64,000 nt of DNA. It comes from Magallana gigas. Its lineage: Eukaryota. The notes below the pieces were generated by a model, which saw nothing but the letters and a program-made list of their open reading frames with translations, was not told the DNA's origin and did no database searches. The position numbers and the translations under genes were made by a program. Shown here piece after piece: positions 54,260 through 64,000 of this stretch (position 1 is the stretch's first letter; each line of letters begins with the position of its first letter). Where the stretch lies: NCBI RefSeq assembly GCF_963853765.1, contig NC_088858.1, positions 6,572,001 through 6,636,000 of the forward strand, in the 5' to 3' direction.

Positions 54260-57200
54260 CTACATAAATATAGAGGTCTTTGAACTTTTGTCTTTGTAAC
54301 CTTTTACAAAAACCGGGGCTTGAAACCAAACATACGAGGACAGAATGTCCTCTATCACGTGTTCATTCACGTGTGTACACATTGACGGTCCCGTTAAGTC
54401 GGCGGTAATGTCCTCCTCGCCTCTCGCGCCACTTTGATTGCCGACGTCACTGGAAGGAGAGTTCGGTTTGCTTTTCTCGTCAATCACTGTCACGTCACTG
54501 GAGGATAGTCTAGAAGAACTGGACAGGGTGGAAATTGCACTCGCTGATTGGGATATCTCAAACGATTCTAATAAGCTTCTCGTTGAATTCTGCTCTGATT
54601 CTTCGTCCCCGGACAACGAGAGACGTGTAGAAAATTCGTCAATAGCCGACGATTCAAGCGGTTCGATTCCCGATATCTCCGCTCTTCCATCAGAACAAAC
54701 AATGCTGTGGTCAGCGGGTTGTGGCTGCTTGCAGCTCAGATTGAACACGTGACGCCGACCGCGTACCGGGAGCTTAAAGGTAGGTTTAGGGAGGAACCAG
54801 GCGATGCCGCTGTTTTTAGGCGCATTCACCATCACAATCATGTTTGTAGGCGACATCGACTTAGCGCCGCCCAATACATCCTGGGTTATGATTTGTCGAA
54901 AGAGAGTTTTCACAGAGTTTTTGACACTGAGACTATCAAATTCAGGATGAAGAGCTGGCATAGTGAGCAAATACGATTCCTTGGGACTAATCGGAGTAGT
55001 TCCGAACAGTATCAAAATACTGCGGATCTCTGGGCAGATATCAAACGCTTGTGAGATCATGTCAAATATTTGGTCGAGATTGCCAACAGCTTTAATGGCG
55101 TACTTAAGTTCCCTTCTGCTGTTCCGTTTGTCTGGTCGTGCCTTAACACCATTCTGTTGCTGCAAAGAGAGAGAAAAAAACCCATTTTTCATTTAATATA
55201 ATTGCATCTTTGTTTCTACAATAACTCTACAAGATCATATTACAAGACAAACAAAAACTACGGAATATTCGCATCTCATAGGATTTCATGTTTGATTAAT
55301 TCTTATCTATTGAAGTGCATTCTTCTCTCATCAATTAGATTACAAATTACGACCAGCCTTCAGACTTCACGGTGACGTGTCCTGTAACGGAAGAAGTCTT
55401 CCAATCCTATGGTCCAGCTTTGCCGTTACTACGTAACTCCGAATATGTATTTCAACATACACGTGTTGAAAAAAGATACCCACGCTTGGACCTATCCAAA
55501 CATTGAGGAAATAGCAGTTAATTGTTTCCGGGTATTATCCAAGGTCTAGTTATTTCCTTTTAAGAAGCTTTCAAAATACATGTATACAATACCTTGTATG
55601 CCATCGCAAATTAATTATGACGTGTATCGCATTTCTCGTATTATTTCCTTAAAATGATTATTAAAACCCCACACATCATTATAGTGGTATTTCTTTCCGG
55701 AAATCTTGAGCATTTTTTTTTATTTTGAAATTTCAAGCAAATCAAGACAGATAAATATAGAACATTATTGATTAAGTAATGAGAATGGGATCCCAAAAAC
55801 AATGTTTAAAACCACTTATTCCTCGTTTTAAACCAATGTTTTCTTTAATGTCAAAGATTAATTTAAAAAAAAAACAAACCCGTTTTTTTTTAAATATATG
55901 TGACATAATTCTGTAGGGTACGTCGTCTTACAAACTTGAACACTGTGACGATGTCAAAACACATCAATTTACCGGTACGTGTTTGTGTTAGTGCCGAAGT
56001 GAATTGTGCCTCTTTGGTAACATTTCAGTATTTTAAGTGGGGGTGGGGGTTGCAGTTACTTTACCTTTATTTGGGGTTCATGACCAATGGGTAGGAGTGG
56101 TCTTCAAGCCAGGTCAAGGTGCTAATTTTCACTGTGACACGGATGTTTGTGACCTCACTTAATTTTTGACAGTCACCAGCATTCAAATGCCTGATGCTTG
56201 TCATCAAACATTTGTAAGCAACTTTACCATCTTTTGTCAAATTGAGAGAACCTTGAACATGGGATCCTTTTGCTTTTGCATACCTGAACCTGGTAGTAAT
56301 CCATATGGTGCGTATACAACTAAATGCACCATGTTCATTCACATTTGGATGTATTGACATAGAAGTTCCAATTTGTATAGCATATGAATTCATAAGTGGA
56401 TTTTTTATTGATAGCAACATGTTCAAAATATGTGCATTTTGTTAAACATTAGCTATAACTGATGATATAAAATAATTTGAGTTTTAATATAAGCATATCA
56501 TTACAAATATAATTTTTCAAGTGTTGTAAATTTTAACCCTTTACAGGATCAAGAATTTTAGATCATACATAATATTTACTCATAATTATTATCAATCATT
56601 ATTGTATTAAAGTAAGTGGATGAACCAAAACTCCATGACTTGTGGATGTCTCTGGATATGTAGAATACTTGGCTTCTGTCTCATACTATAAATGATCCAT
56701 CTTTAAACTGGGCTCAAATGTAATTGCTTATAACTCAAGAAAGTTTTTATGTATTAAAGGAATGAATTCAATATTTATTTGTTTTATACGGTATAAAATG
56801 GTTTGGGGCAGTTTACGCTTTTTTATAAACCATTTTATATTGTATAAAACAAATAGATATTGAATTCATTGCTTATAATTTAATTTTTTTACTCTTCATT
56901 GTAGGTATAAACGGTCATTTGACCTTTAAAATGACGTAAAATTGTACCAAATTCTATCGTAACGTCAGGCGTATTGATACGTTTTTGACGTTAGTCTTTC
57001 TATGACGTAGGCAACATTCTTTATTTGATATACGATATAAAATAATTTTTAAGCCAATCAGAAAGCGCGTTACAACCAGAATTAAATTATTTTATTTTTA
57101 AGGCATAAGACCAGGGATGTATATACGTCCCTGATATGACACATCCATATTTTGACATTGATACATGTACTTTTACTTTACATGTACTTTTATTTGACCT

Positions 57201-58095
57201 CAATATTGTTTTAAATATTAAGCAATCCAAAGGGAATGTTATTGTAACCTATTTTTTTCTTCTATAAGTGTATCGTCATTTCCATCGACATCTTGAACCA
57301 ATCTGAAGTTCAACTGAACCAGAAGTACATGTATTTGTGATGTTCAGCAAAGGTCAATCATGGGTTGAAACCATAGATCAAGATCAATACATTGTTCATA
57401 ACTACTTAAATGTTAAAGTGGAAAACAGTTACCTGATTGCAAGACAAATGAATGTGTTTATTTCATATATAGCAAAAAACCATTATACTGGATGAACATT
57501 TAGAGCCTTGGTTCAGTGTTCTGAATATTATTTACTTAACTGGCATGTGGTGAAAAAAAAGTACTGTATGAACATGATGTACATATTTCTCCAATGTACT
57601 GATGTTCGTACACATTGGTACATGGGTATATGACTCTTCATTCTACAGAAGTACCATAAAATATGTTTAGTTCTGGTGAAATGGTATGATTGATTCTTAC
57701 TCAGAAATGCCCTTATTTGACAGGCACTACTGTATATCTTTTGTATCATACTAAGTCCGAAATATCAGACGTTTTCCAGGCCTTTTCAAAAAATTCCTTT
57801 GTCAAGTAAAAATATAAAAATAGCTCAAAACTCAGAAAAATGTCATATAACTCAGACTATGCTACAAATGAATAAATCAACAGATAAATTATCAGTACAT
57901 TACCGTTTCTGTATCTGTGGTTACGGAGATGTGTCTCTTAAGCTGATCTAAGACCATAGGAAGTTGTTGTCGCTGATACAGTAAATACTTAATGATTTCA
58001 ACGACCAATTTTGCTCGTACTTTTGATTCTAGACCCTCATCAAACTCAAAATCATAAGTTGTCAAATTATTTTTGAAACTCCCTCTGTTTGCCAT
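54260..58095 (-). CDS. MAD2L1BP: MAD2L1-binding protein / p31comet (HORMA-fold spindle-checkpoint silencer), 363 aa
   Basis: Exons 58095-57904 and 55159-54260 join in phase 0. The p31comet motifs are EIIKYLLYQRQQLP, ILILFGTTPISPKESY, WFLPKPTFKLPVRG and YVWFQAPVFVKGYKD. Confidence 0.88.
56757..57095. mobile_element. Interspersed repeat with a 44-bp-arm terminal hairpin, in the MAD2L1BP intron
   Basis: 56761-56804 and 56827-56870 are reverse complements with 3 mismatches. They are followed by a CpG-containing body ending '...gaaagcgcgttacaaccagaattaaattatttt'. Confidence 0.65.
57112..57133. mobile_element. TIR-only micro-element, 22-bp near-palindrome with 7-bp TSD
   Basis: CAGGGATGTATATACGTCCCTG differs by one base from 11647-11668. 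The flanks are ATAAGAC and ATATGAC (6/7 identical). Confidence 0.6.
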
Positions 58096-59767
58096 GATTT
58101 AAAATACAGTCCTAACCCGAAATTAATACGGATTTGTATGCCGATCCCGATCCATGCGAAATCCACATACACATCAAAGTACTGAAAGTACTATGCTAAG
58201 GGCACATTTATGTGCATCGCCAGAGACCTATTTATGTCTCTGGTATCGCACGCATATTTTTGGAGAATACTAGTATTTAGACCATTGACTAGCCTAAGAC
58301 GTAAATATGAACACATTATACAATAGTGTATCTGTTCTGAGCAACTGCTATGATCCTTGCGTGAGTCTCCAAATATCAAACATCAAGTTGGAATCGATCC
58401 ACTGAGCACAAGGAAGGTGATGTGAAACACAACCCCCACTTAATTGAAAAAGAATCAATAATTTTGGATGCACTCTGATACGTGTATCCTCACTAAATAA
58501 TACCTCTTTTTATAGAAAATCAAATGGTCAATTTGCTCCTTGTTGTTTAATTGACATTATAACGGCTGCCTTTAATAACATTTTAATAAGATTGAAATGT
58601 ATCAAAATCAACGGATTTTTTTTCCATGAAAAGAGGCTCACCAGAGTACATGGATCACGTCAATTATTTCAATCTTTTGATACATTAGAAATTGATATTT
58701 GAGGCTGCACGTACATGAAAATATGTAAAGTATATAGGCATTGTATTTTGGACCTGTATGTTTGCGATAAAGAGATAATAGAAATTACCATTTTTTTGTT
58801 TTCCTTGCTTCTAAGACTATAATGTAATGATTTTGATTATATGTTACAAAGTTATGAACCATATTGTGTGCCAATAAGAAAAACTTTATTTTGCAATCGT
58901 TGTTAACTTTACCATGTTCATCCATATAATAAGATATATTCAAATGAGTCATCCGTAAAATTACTGTAAATAAGGCTAAACAAAAAACATCCTTTTCCAT
59001 CAAAAAGTCAGTTGAAATCAACTTTTCAATAACTAGTTACTGGTGAAATTTCCCGATTTGCAGCGGCATTTAAATAACGGCAGATTTAAACCAAGATTCA
59101 CGTGTTTTAGGTGAATATTGGCCTAATCTGCGTCACCTACAAGGAAACAAACGACAACTGATGTGCAAACAAACTCTCTACAACATACATAGAGGCATCT
59201 ATAGCCAGCCATTTACTGTAACAATTTTTAGAATTTATAGAATAAGCGTAAAAAATCTGAAAAAAATCTTCGCCGAATACATAATATGTACAACACACTT
59301 GCATTCGACCAGTTAAAGCGATTACATTTATAAAATGTCGGTCTTAATTGATTGACCTAAGTTTTTATTGCACCAAGCTACATTGTACCCAAACATATCT
59401 TACAGTATATAGACCAATATATCATCTTAAATGTCCCTATACACAGTATTGTAACGGTGTTTGTGTGTACAAAATGACGTCACTGTTACGTTAATGACGT
59501 ACAAAAACGTTTGCCAAAACTTGCCTGTTGGATTTTCGATTTTTATCCCTGCACTTCAGTGACCAAAGTCTTCAATCAGGGGTAAATAGGTGTTAATTGA
59601 ATGGTCTTGGTTTAAATCGGATTAGCTTGACATAAAGTGTACTAACTGTTGGGTGGATAAAATCGGTTTATTTCATATTAAAGCAAGGGGGCTGTTTTGT
59701 TCTCTAAAGCTCTTTTACTAAAATGTCGTGGGGAATTAAAACAACTTGACATGGATATCACTTGGAG
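58096..59767. promoter_or_regulatory. Divergent promoter region MAD2L1BP / orphan gene A, with a probable 5' UTR exon of gene A
   Basis: A perfect CRE TGACGTCA lies at 59475-59482. A donor GAG|GTATGT at 59768 could splice to the acceptor tgtttttcag immediately before ATG 60271. Confidence 0.4.
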
Positions 59768-60270
59768 GTATGTTTTCATCTTCTAACTTTTCTAGTTGTA
59801 TTTTTCAGTTTCAAGAACAAGATAACAATTCAAAATTTGTCGAAGCAAGGGAGTAAGGATTGTTAAAATTTTATCTTCGACTATTGGTATATGCTACAAA
59901 AAACTTGTTTCTTTGATTGTGAAAGTTTTTATTTATTTTGTCCATTGTTGTCTATGAGTGATTTTTTCTCTTGGAGTCCTAATTAATTTTAATCCGATAT
60001 TATGTGTACAGGCCCTGGAGTCAGATGGAAAGTAAAAGATATACTGGACATTCAGTTTAAGCTCTTAATTAAGTTTTAATTCCAATTAAATTAGACGGAT
60101 ATTCAAAATTAATCCTTTTAACTATTACGCTTCTTTAAATCAGATGCCCTTTAGTTATAACTGTTGCTATTGAGACTTTATGTTTGATTTCCCCGACGAA
60201 CTATTTTCTTTCCTGACATCTTTTTGCGAAGCATCGAAATTGATTTCACGAGCAAATGAATGTTTTTCAG

Positions 60271-61437
60271 ATGCCTTTCCGGAAGCAGCTAAAGTCCAGT
60301 CAACCTCAAGCGTTTGGGAAAAACGCGCTACTACAGAAGCAGTATGAGCGACTGTACAACAGGTTAGAGAGGGAACGGAAGTCCACACAGAGAAGAATAC
60401 AAGTGACAGAGGAGAAGTGTGTTCATTCTATTTACAGTTTACTTCAAGAGGCAGAGACATATGAGCAGGATAAAAGGCGTAAACAGGAAGAGGAGGAAGA
60501 AAAACGGATCAAGAAAGAAGGAAAGACTCCTGTCTTCTTTTACGAAATTGAGAACGAATATGAACCGAAACAACCGGAAACCAAAACAGTCCGTGGTCGA
60601 CCAATGACGGCCTCCGTAAGTACCCGGATAAAAAGTGCAGATCGCAGAGATTTGTCCACGCGCCCCTCCTCGGCGGGACCGGCGCTGTCCGTTGACCGAA
60701 GGGGATCGGTGTCCACAGCGAGTGTCGTTATAAGGGGGTCAAGTGCTGATAGATCTAACAGAAGGTCATCAAATGCAAGCTCGTGTGATTCTATTAAAAA
60801 GGACAGCAGTTTAAATTCAAGACCGTGTTCTGCTAAAACAGACGTAAATCAAGGAAATAACTTTAAGCTTTGGCAACTCAGTCCTCAGAGGGACAATGAA
60901 AGGAAACTATCAATCAAGAACAGAGAAAGTTCTGCGAAGTCTGTGGAAGAAAATCAAGATCCAGTTGTATTGAATTCTTTTGCACGACCGAAAACAGCCG
61001 ATAGGTTCCGACGTCGAACACCTGACGACGAGCTCTCGGAGTATTGGAACCGTAGAGTAGCGAGGATAATCCGAAAGTGGGATCTTAAAGACAATGAACA
61101 GTACACCAAAGACATAAGAGTCATCAGAGACATTGGGCCTCCTCCCTACAAAAGACTAGACTCAAAAACAGGGGAGGCAGAGTTAAAAACAAAAAGTTTC
61201 ATTCAAAAATATTCCGGACAGTATCGCTCACTGTTGAGACCAGAAACAGCTCCAATTTTAGAGACTAGAGCAAAGAGGAACGAAAAGATAAGTAGACAAG
61301 AGATGGCTAGTATCAATGCTGACACGGCCAAATACAAGAAGAACACCAGAATGCTTCTATTGAAAAGTAGGGAAATCAAAATGTATGTAGAAAATCTGCC
61401 CGGCGTAGACAAGACACAAATCATTTTGGATACATAA
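60271..61437 (+). CDS. Uncharacterised protein A (N-terminal coiled coil, disordered Ser/Arg-rich middle with 5 RPx[S/T]A motifs, C-terminal helix), about 388 aa
   Basis: A 1.18-kb open frame in AT-rich DNA. The ATG at 60271 follows an acceptor-like tgtttttcag; the alternative ATG at 60256 has an in-frame stop just upstream, at 60241. It shares two motifs with the neighbouring gene. AATAAA lies at 61612-61617. Confidence 0.8.
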   Translation: MPFRKQLKSSQPQAFGKNALLQKQYERLYNRLERERKSTQRRIQVTEEKCVHSIYSLLQEAETYEQDKRRKQEEEEEKRIKKEGKTPVFFYEIENEYEPKQPETKTVRGRPMTASVSTRIKSADRRDLSTRPSSAGPALSVDRRGSVSTASVVIRGSSADRSNRRSSNASSCDSIKKDSSLNSRPCSAKTDVNQGNNFKLWQLSPQRDNERKLSIKNRESSAKSVEENQDPVVLNSFARPKTADRFRRRTPDDELSEYWNRRVARIIRKWDLKDNEQYTKDIRVIRDIGPPPYKRLDSKTGEAELKTKSFIQKYSGQYRSLLRPETAPILETRAKRNEKISRQEMASINADTAKYKKNTRMLLLKSREIKMYVENLPGVDKTQIILDT

Positions 61438-61650
61438 TCCATTTTGTAATATTTTTTTATTTCAGGTATCAATTAATTTAACTCATAAATGACACTAAAT
61501 ATTGATAATTCATTATTTGCAACACATAAATATCAACATACTATAAGTTATGTACAAGCATATTGAATTGACCAAAACATATTCTGTATTTAAAGAAGAT
61601 ACTGACAATGAAATAAAACATAATACATATTCAATGTTCGATGTTTTTAT

Positions 61651-62964
61651 TTACACTGGAGGACGGCCAGTAGTCACGTGACTCATCTCTGCTCTTATAA
61701 CGGTGCTTCTGCGCAGCAATCTCTTAATGGAAGTTTCCTTCCGGCGCAAGTCCGCGTGAATTGCAGCAAGCTCCGATTTGCGGATCTTGACTTTTTCTCG
61801 CTCCATTTGTTTTGTCAGATGACGTTTGTTCGGGTGAGTGTTGGCAATTCCGGGGATGAATACCCATCTGTACTTGGAAACAGTATTTTGAAGAAAGTCC
61901 CGGGTGCGTAGTGATGCCATATTTGGTGCCATTTGCATGCTTGATTGGGGACGAGGACTTAATTGTCTTTCTTTACCTTCTTTTAATGTTGACGCGGAGA
62001 AGATTTCGTTTATTCGTTTCTGGAAATATTCCGCCTCTTCTTCAGCTGCAGACTTTCCTTTAGCCTCGTTTGTCTGTCCCTCAAGCCATCTATTTGTGAT
62101 GTACCTGTCTTTATCAGATCTATTACCACCAGCTGGGCCCTCTTTGCTTTGATCTTTGAAATTTCGCGCACTTCCAGAAATTTTGATTCGTTTTCCTTCA
62201 GGAACTGTTTTTTGAGCATCTGATCGCGAGGGTAAATCTCCAAGTGCAAATGTCACACTCCGTGTCAGGGCTATCGGTTTTCTCATATTACTGTTGGGAT
62301 TTACAGACATTTTTACTCTTTCGGTTTCTTGGTGTCCGCCCTTTCGGAAACTAATCGTTGGAATCTGTGTTGGATGAAGCGACATATCTTTTATGGAATT
62401 CTTGGATGCTTTTTCGTTTTCTATGGTTTCCGCAGCTTTAAGCAGAGAGAAGTGGTCAATCATACTGTTAACAGTCGTAACTTTAATCTGACTATTGGCG
62501 AAATCCAAGTCCTTTTGATATGATCGACATTTTTTTCGGTAGACACTATCTGCCATTTGATTGCGTTTTCTTGTTAGGTCCTCTGTCAGTCGACTAATTG
62601 GTCGCTGTGTTACTTGATCTGATGACGTAGGGATCCTAAATTTAATTATAAAAACACGATAATAATCAAAATCAATAACACAACATTATCAATTTACAAT
62701 ATGGTGTGATTAATTATTTTCCATAAAAAATATACATAGATATATGATAAAATATACTAATATCGATTAATATAATTATGTTTGAAGATTTTGAAATTTT
62801 TACATGAAAATAATTTAAAGAAATATATCGGAACGTTACCTGTTGACTGGTTTGTTGACGGCTTTCTCCGCCCTATCCATACAGCTGTTACAAATACACC
62901 ACTGTTCACTGCTGGCCAGGTCTTCAGCCACCGCCCCCTCACTCGTACAGTTATGGGCGTCCAT
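61651..62964 (-). CDS. Uncharacterised basic protein B, paralogue of protein A, about 369 aa
   Basis: The ORF track's 301-aa frame extends upstream without stops to an acceptor (exon 62635-61651). It joins in phase 2 to exon 62964-62840 (MDAHNCTSEG...KPVNR|IPTSSDQ...RNQMADSV), whose donor is CAG|gtaacg. A minus-strand AATAAA lies at 61456-61461. Confidence 0.78.
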
Positions 62965-63883
62965 GTCCAGACCCGGATTTTTTCCTATAACAACTTCTCT
63001 CTGTATGGCAAAGTCATGTACGTCCAAATTCCCGAACAATTACTTCTGAACAGACCAATAAGTTATAGAAGAATAATTTAAAAAATGCGCTATCATTTCT
63101 TTGAATGTGTCACACCATTCAATACACAGAACAAGCATTGAAGCCTCACAATGCCGTTTGTTCCATTTCGGTCGGTTTGTCATTCGATATCTAGATTTTT
63201 GAAAGTTTAATAGAGTAAGAAAGTTAAAACGGGAGGGGCGCCAAAAATGGTTAAAGAGAAACAAAGAACGTTGCAGTGCAGTGGACACATTGTCACTGAA
63301 TAACAACACAGGTGTGTGCAGTACAGTAGACTTCAAAGTGACGGCGGTTGTCCGTAGCTAAGTCAGTGGTGTTGGATAAGGGTGCTCTAAAGTTAGAACA
63401 ATTGAATTTAAAAAATAACATTCTCAAGATTAAAATCTACAATTAAATATTTTTTTGAAAAAGACACTTTTCCGGATAACTGATCTAATGAAAAAAAACC
63501 ACCACCATAAATCATTCGTATTATATAAACAGGAGATGACTTTTTACACGTGAACATTTTTTTTTCTCGTAACTCGTCTGAGTAAATTTCTCACGATTGT
63601 AACTTTTAAATAGAAAGGTCGTTTTTATGATACTGTTTTGAGAATAAAACGCATAAACGAATAGATCCCCATGAAATAAGATTTCAGAAAGAAGAGGGTG
63701 TGGGGATAAGATAGCGCAAATGCCCATTCGGTTACGTCACGAAATACAATTTTGAATTTATTTTTTCCCAATTAAATCCATTTAAATATATTATAACACA
63801 AGTTTGCAAAAGCATAATTTCTAACTTTATTCAGTTTTAAAAATATTTAACAAACGATAAAAAAAAATATTGCATTAGATTTT

Positions 63884-63953
63884 GGTGGTTTCGAACCCAT
63901 AACATAAAAACCCTAGAGGTTAGTTAATATCAGGTGCCCTAACCACTGAGCAC
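63884..63953 (-). repeat. tRNA-derived (SINE-like) segment, not an intact tRNA
   Basis: The minus strand has an A-box-like GCTCAGTGGTTAGGGCA and a B-box GGTTCGAAACC. The spacer is too long and irregular, and there is no acceptor stem. Confidence 0.45.
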
Positions 63954-64000
63954 TTTCAGACACAATAAGGTGTGCTGCTTAAATACTATGCGTAACTTTA

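Noticed and set aside
54438-55196. Plus-strand ORFs of 77-115 aa
   Set aside because: These are antisense shadows of MAD2L1BP exon 2.
59751-60031. Short upstream coding exons for orphan gene A (MDITW..., and a 20-nt candidate at 60012-60031)
   Set aside because: Neither joins the main ORF in frame at the 60270 acceptor, so they are treated as possible UTR exons only.
63300-63365. RFX X-box upstream of orphan gene B
   Set aside because: GTTGTCCGTAGCTA matches only one half-site and lacks the RGYAAC half.
63884-63953. tRNA gene
   Set aside because: A- and B-box-like motifs are present, but no cloverleaf can be folded. It is treated as a tRNA-derived repeat.

Overview
AT-rich animal genomic DNA with spliceosomal introns. 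The repeat families resemble those of bivalves, probably an oyster (Crassostrea/Magallana-like); this is inference only. I reconstructed seven protein-coding genes by hand from GT-AG junctions and reading-frame phase: RPRD2-like (-, 9 coding exons, 982 aa), CHSY1 (+, 2 exons, 791 aa), EFL1 (-, 21 exons, 1111 aa), a 94-aa secreted six-cysteine prepropeptide (+), MAD2L1BP/p31comet (-, 2 exons, 363 aa), and two uncharacterised convergent genes at 60-63 kb. Introns and spacers hold many non-autonomous DNA transposons, including a TTAA-flanked element nested in an 8-bp-TSD hAT-type element, plus a truncated LINE and tandem duplications. No rRNA, intact tRNA or CRISPR array is supported. The most interesting observations are: (1) the peptide has CHH/ITP-like precursor architecture and core spacing with an unusual CC; (2) the two tail-to-tail orphan genes are hidden paralogues sharing gapless N- and C-terminal motifs, and one carries five RPx[S/T]A motifs; (3) EFL1 introns contain duplicated exon ends with splice sites, one of which could act as an in-frame alternative exon; (4) three 22-34 bp TIR-only micro-elements have 7-bp target-site duplications and sit near gene 5' ends. 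No database searches were run, so family calls rest on motif recognition.
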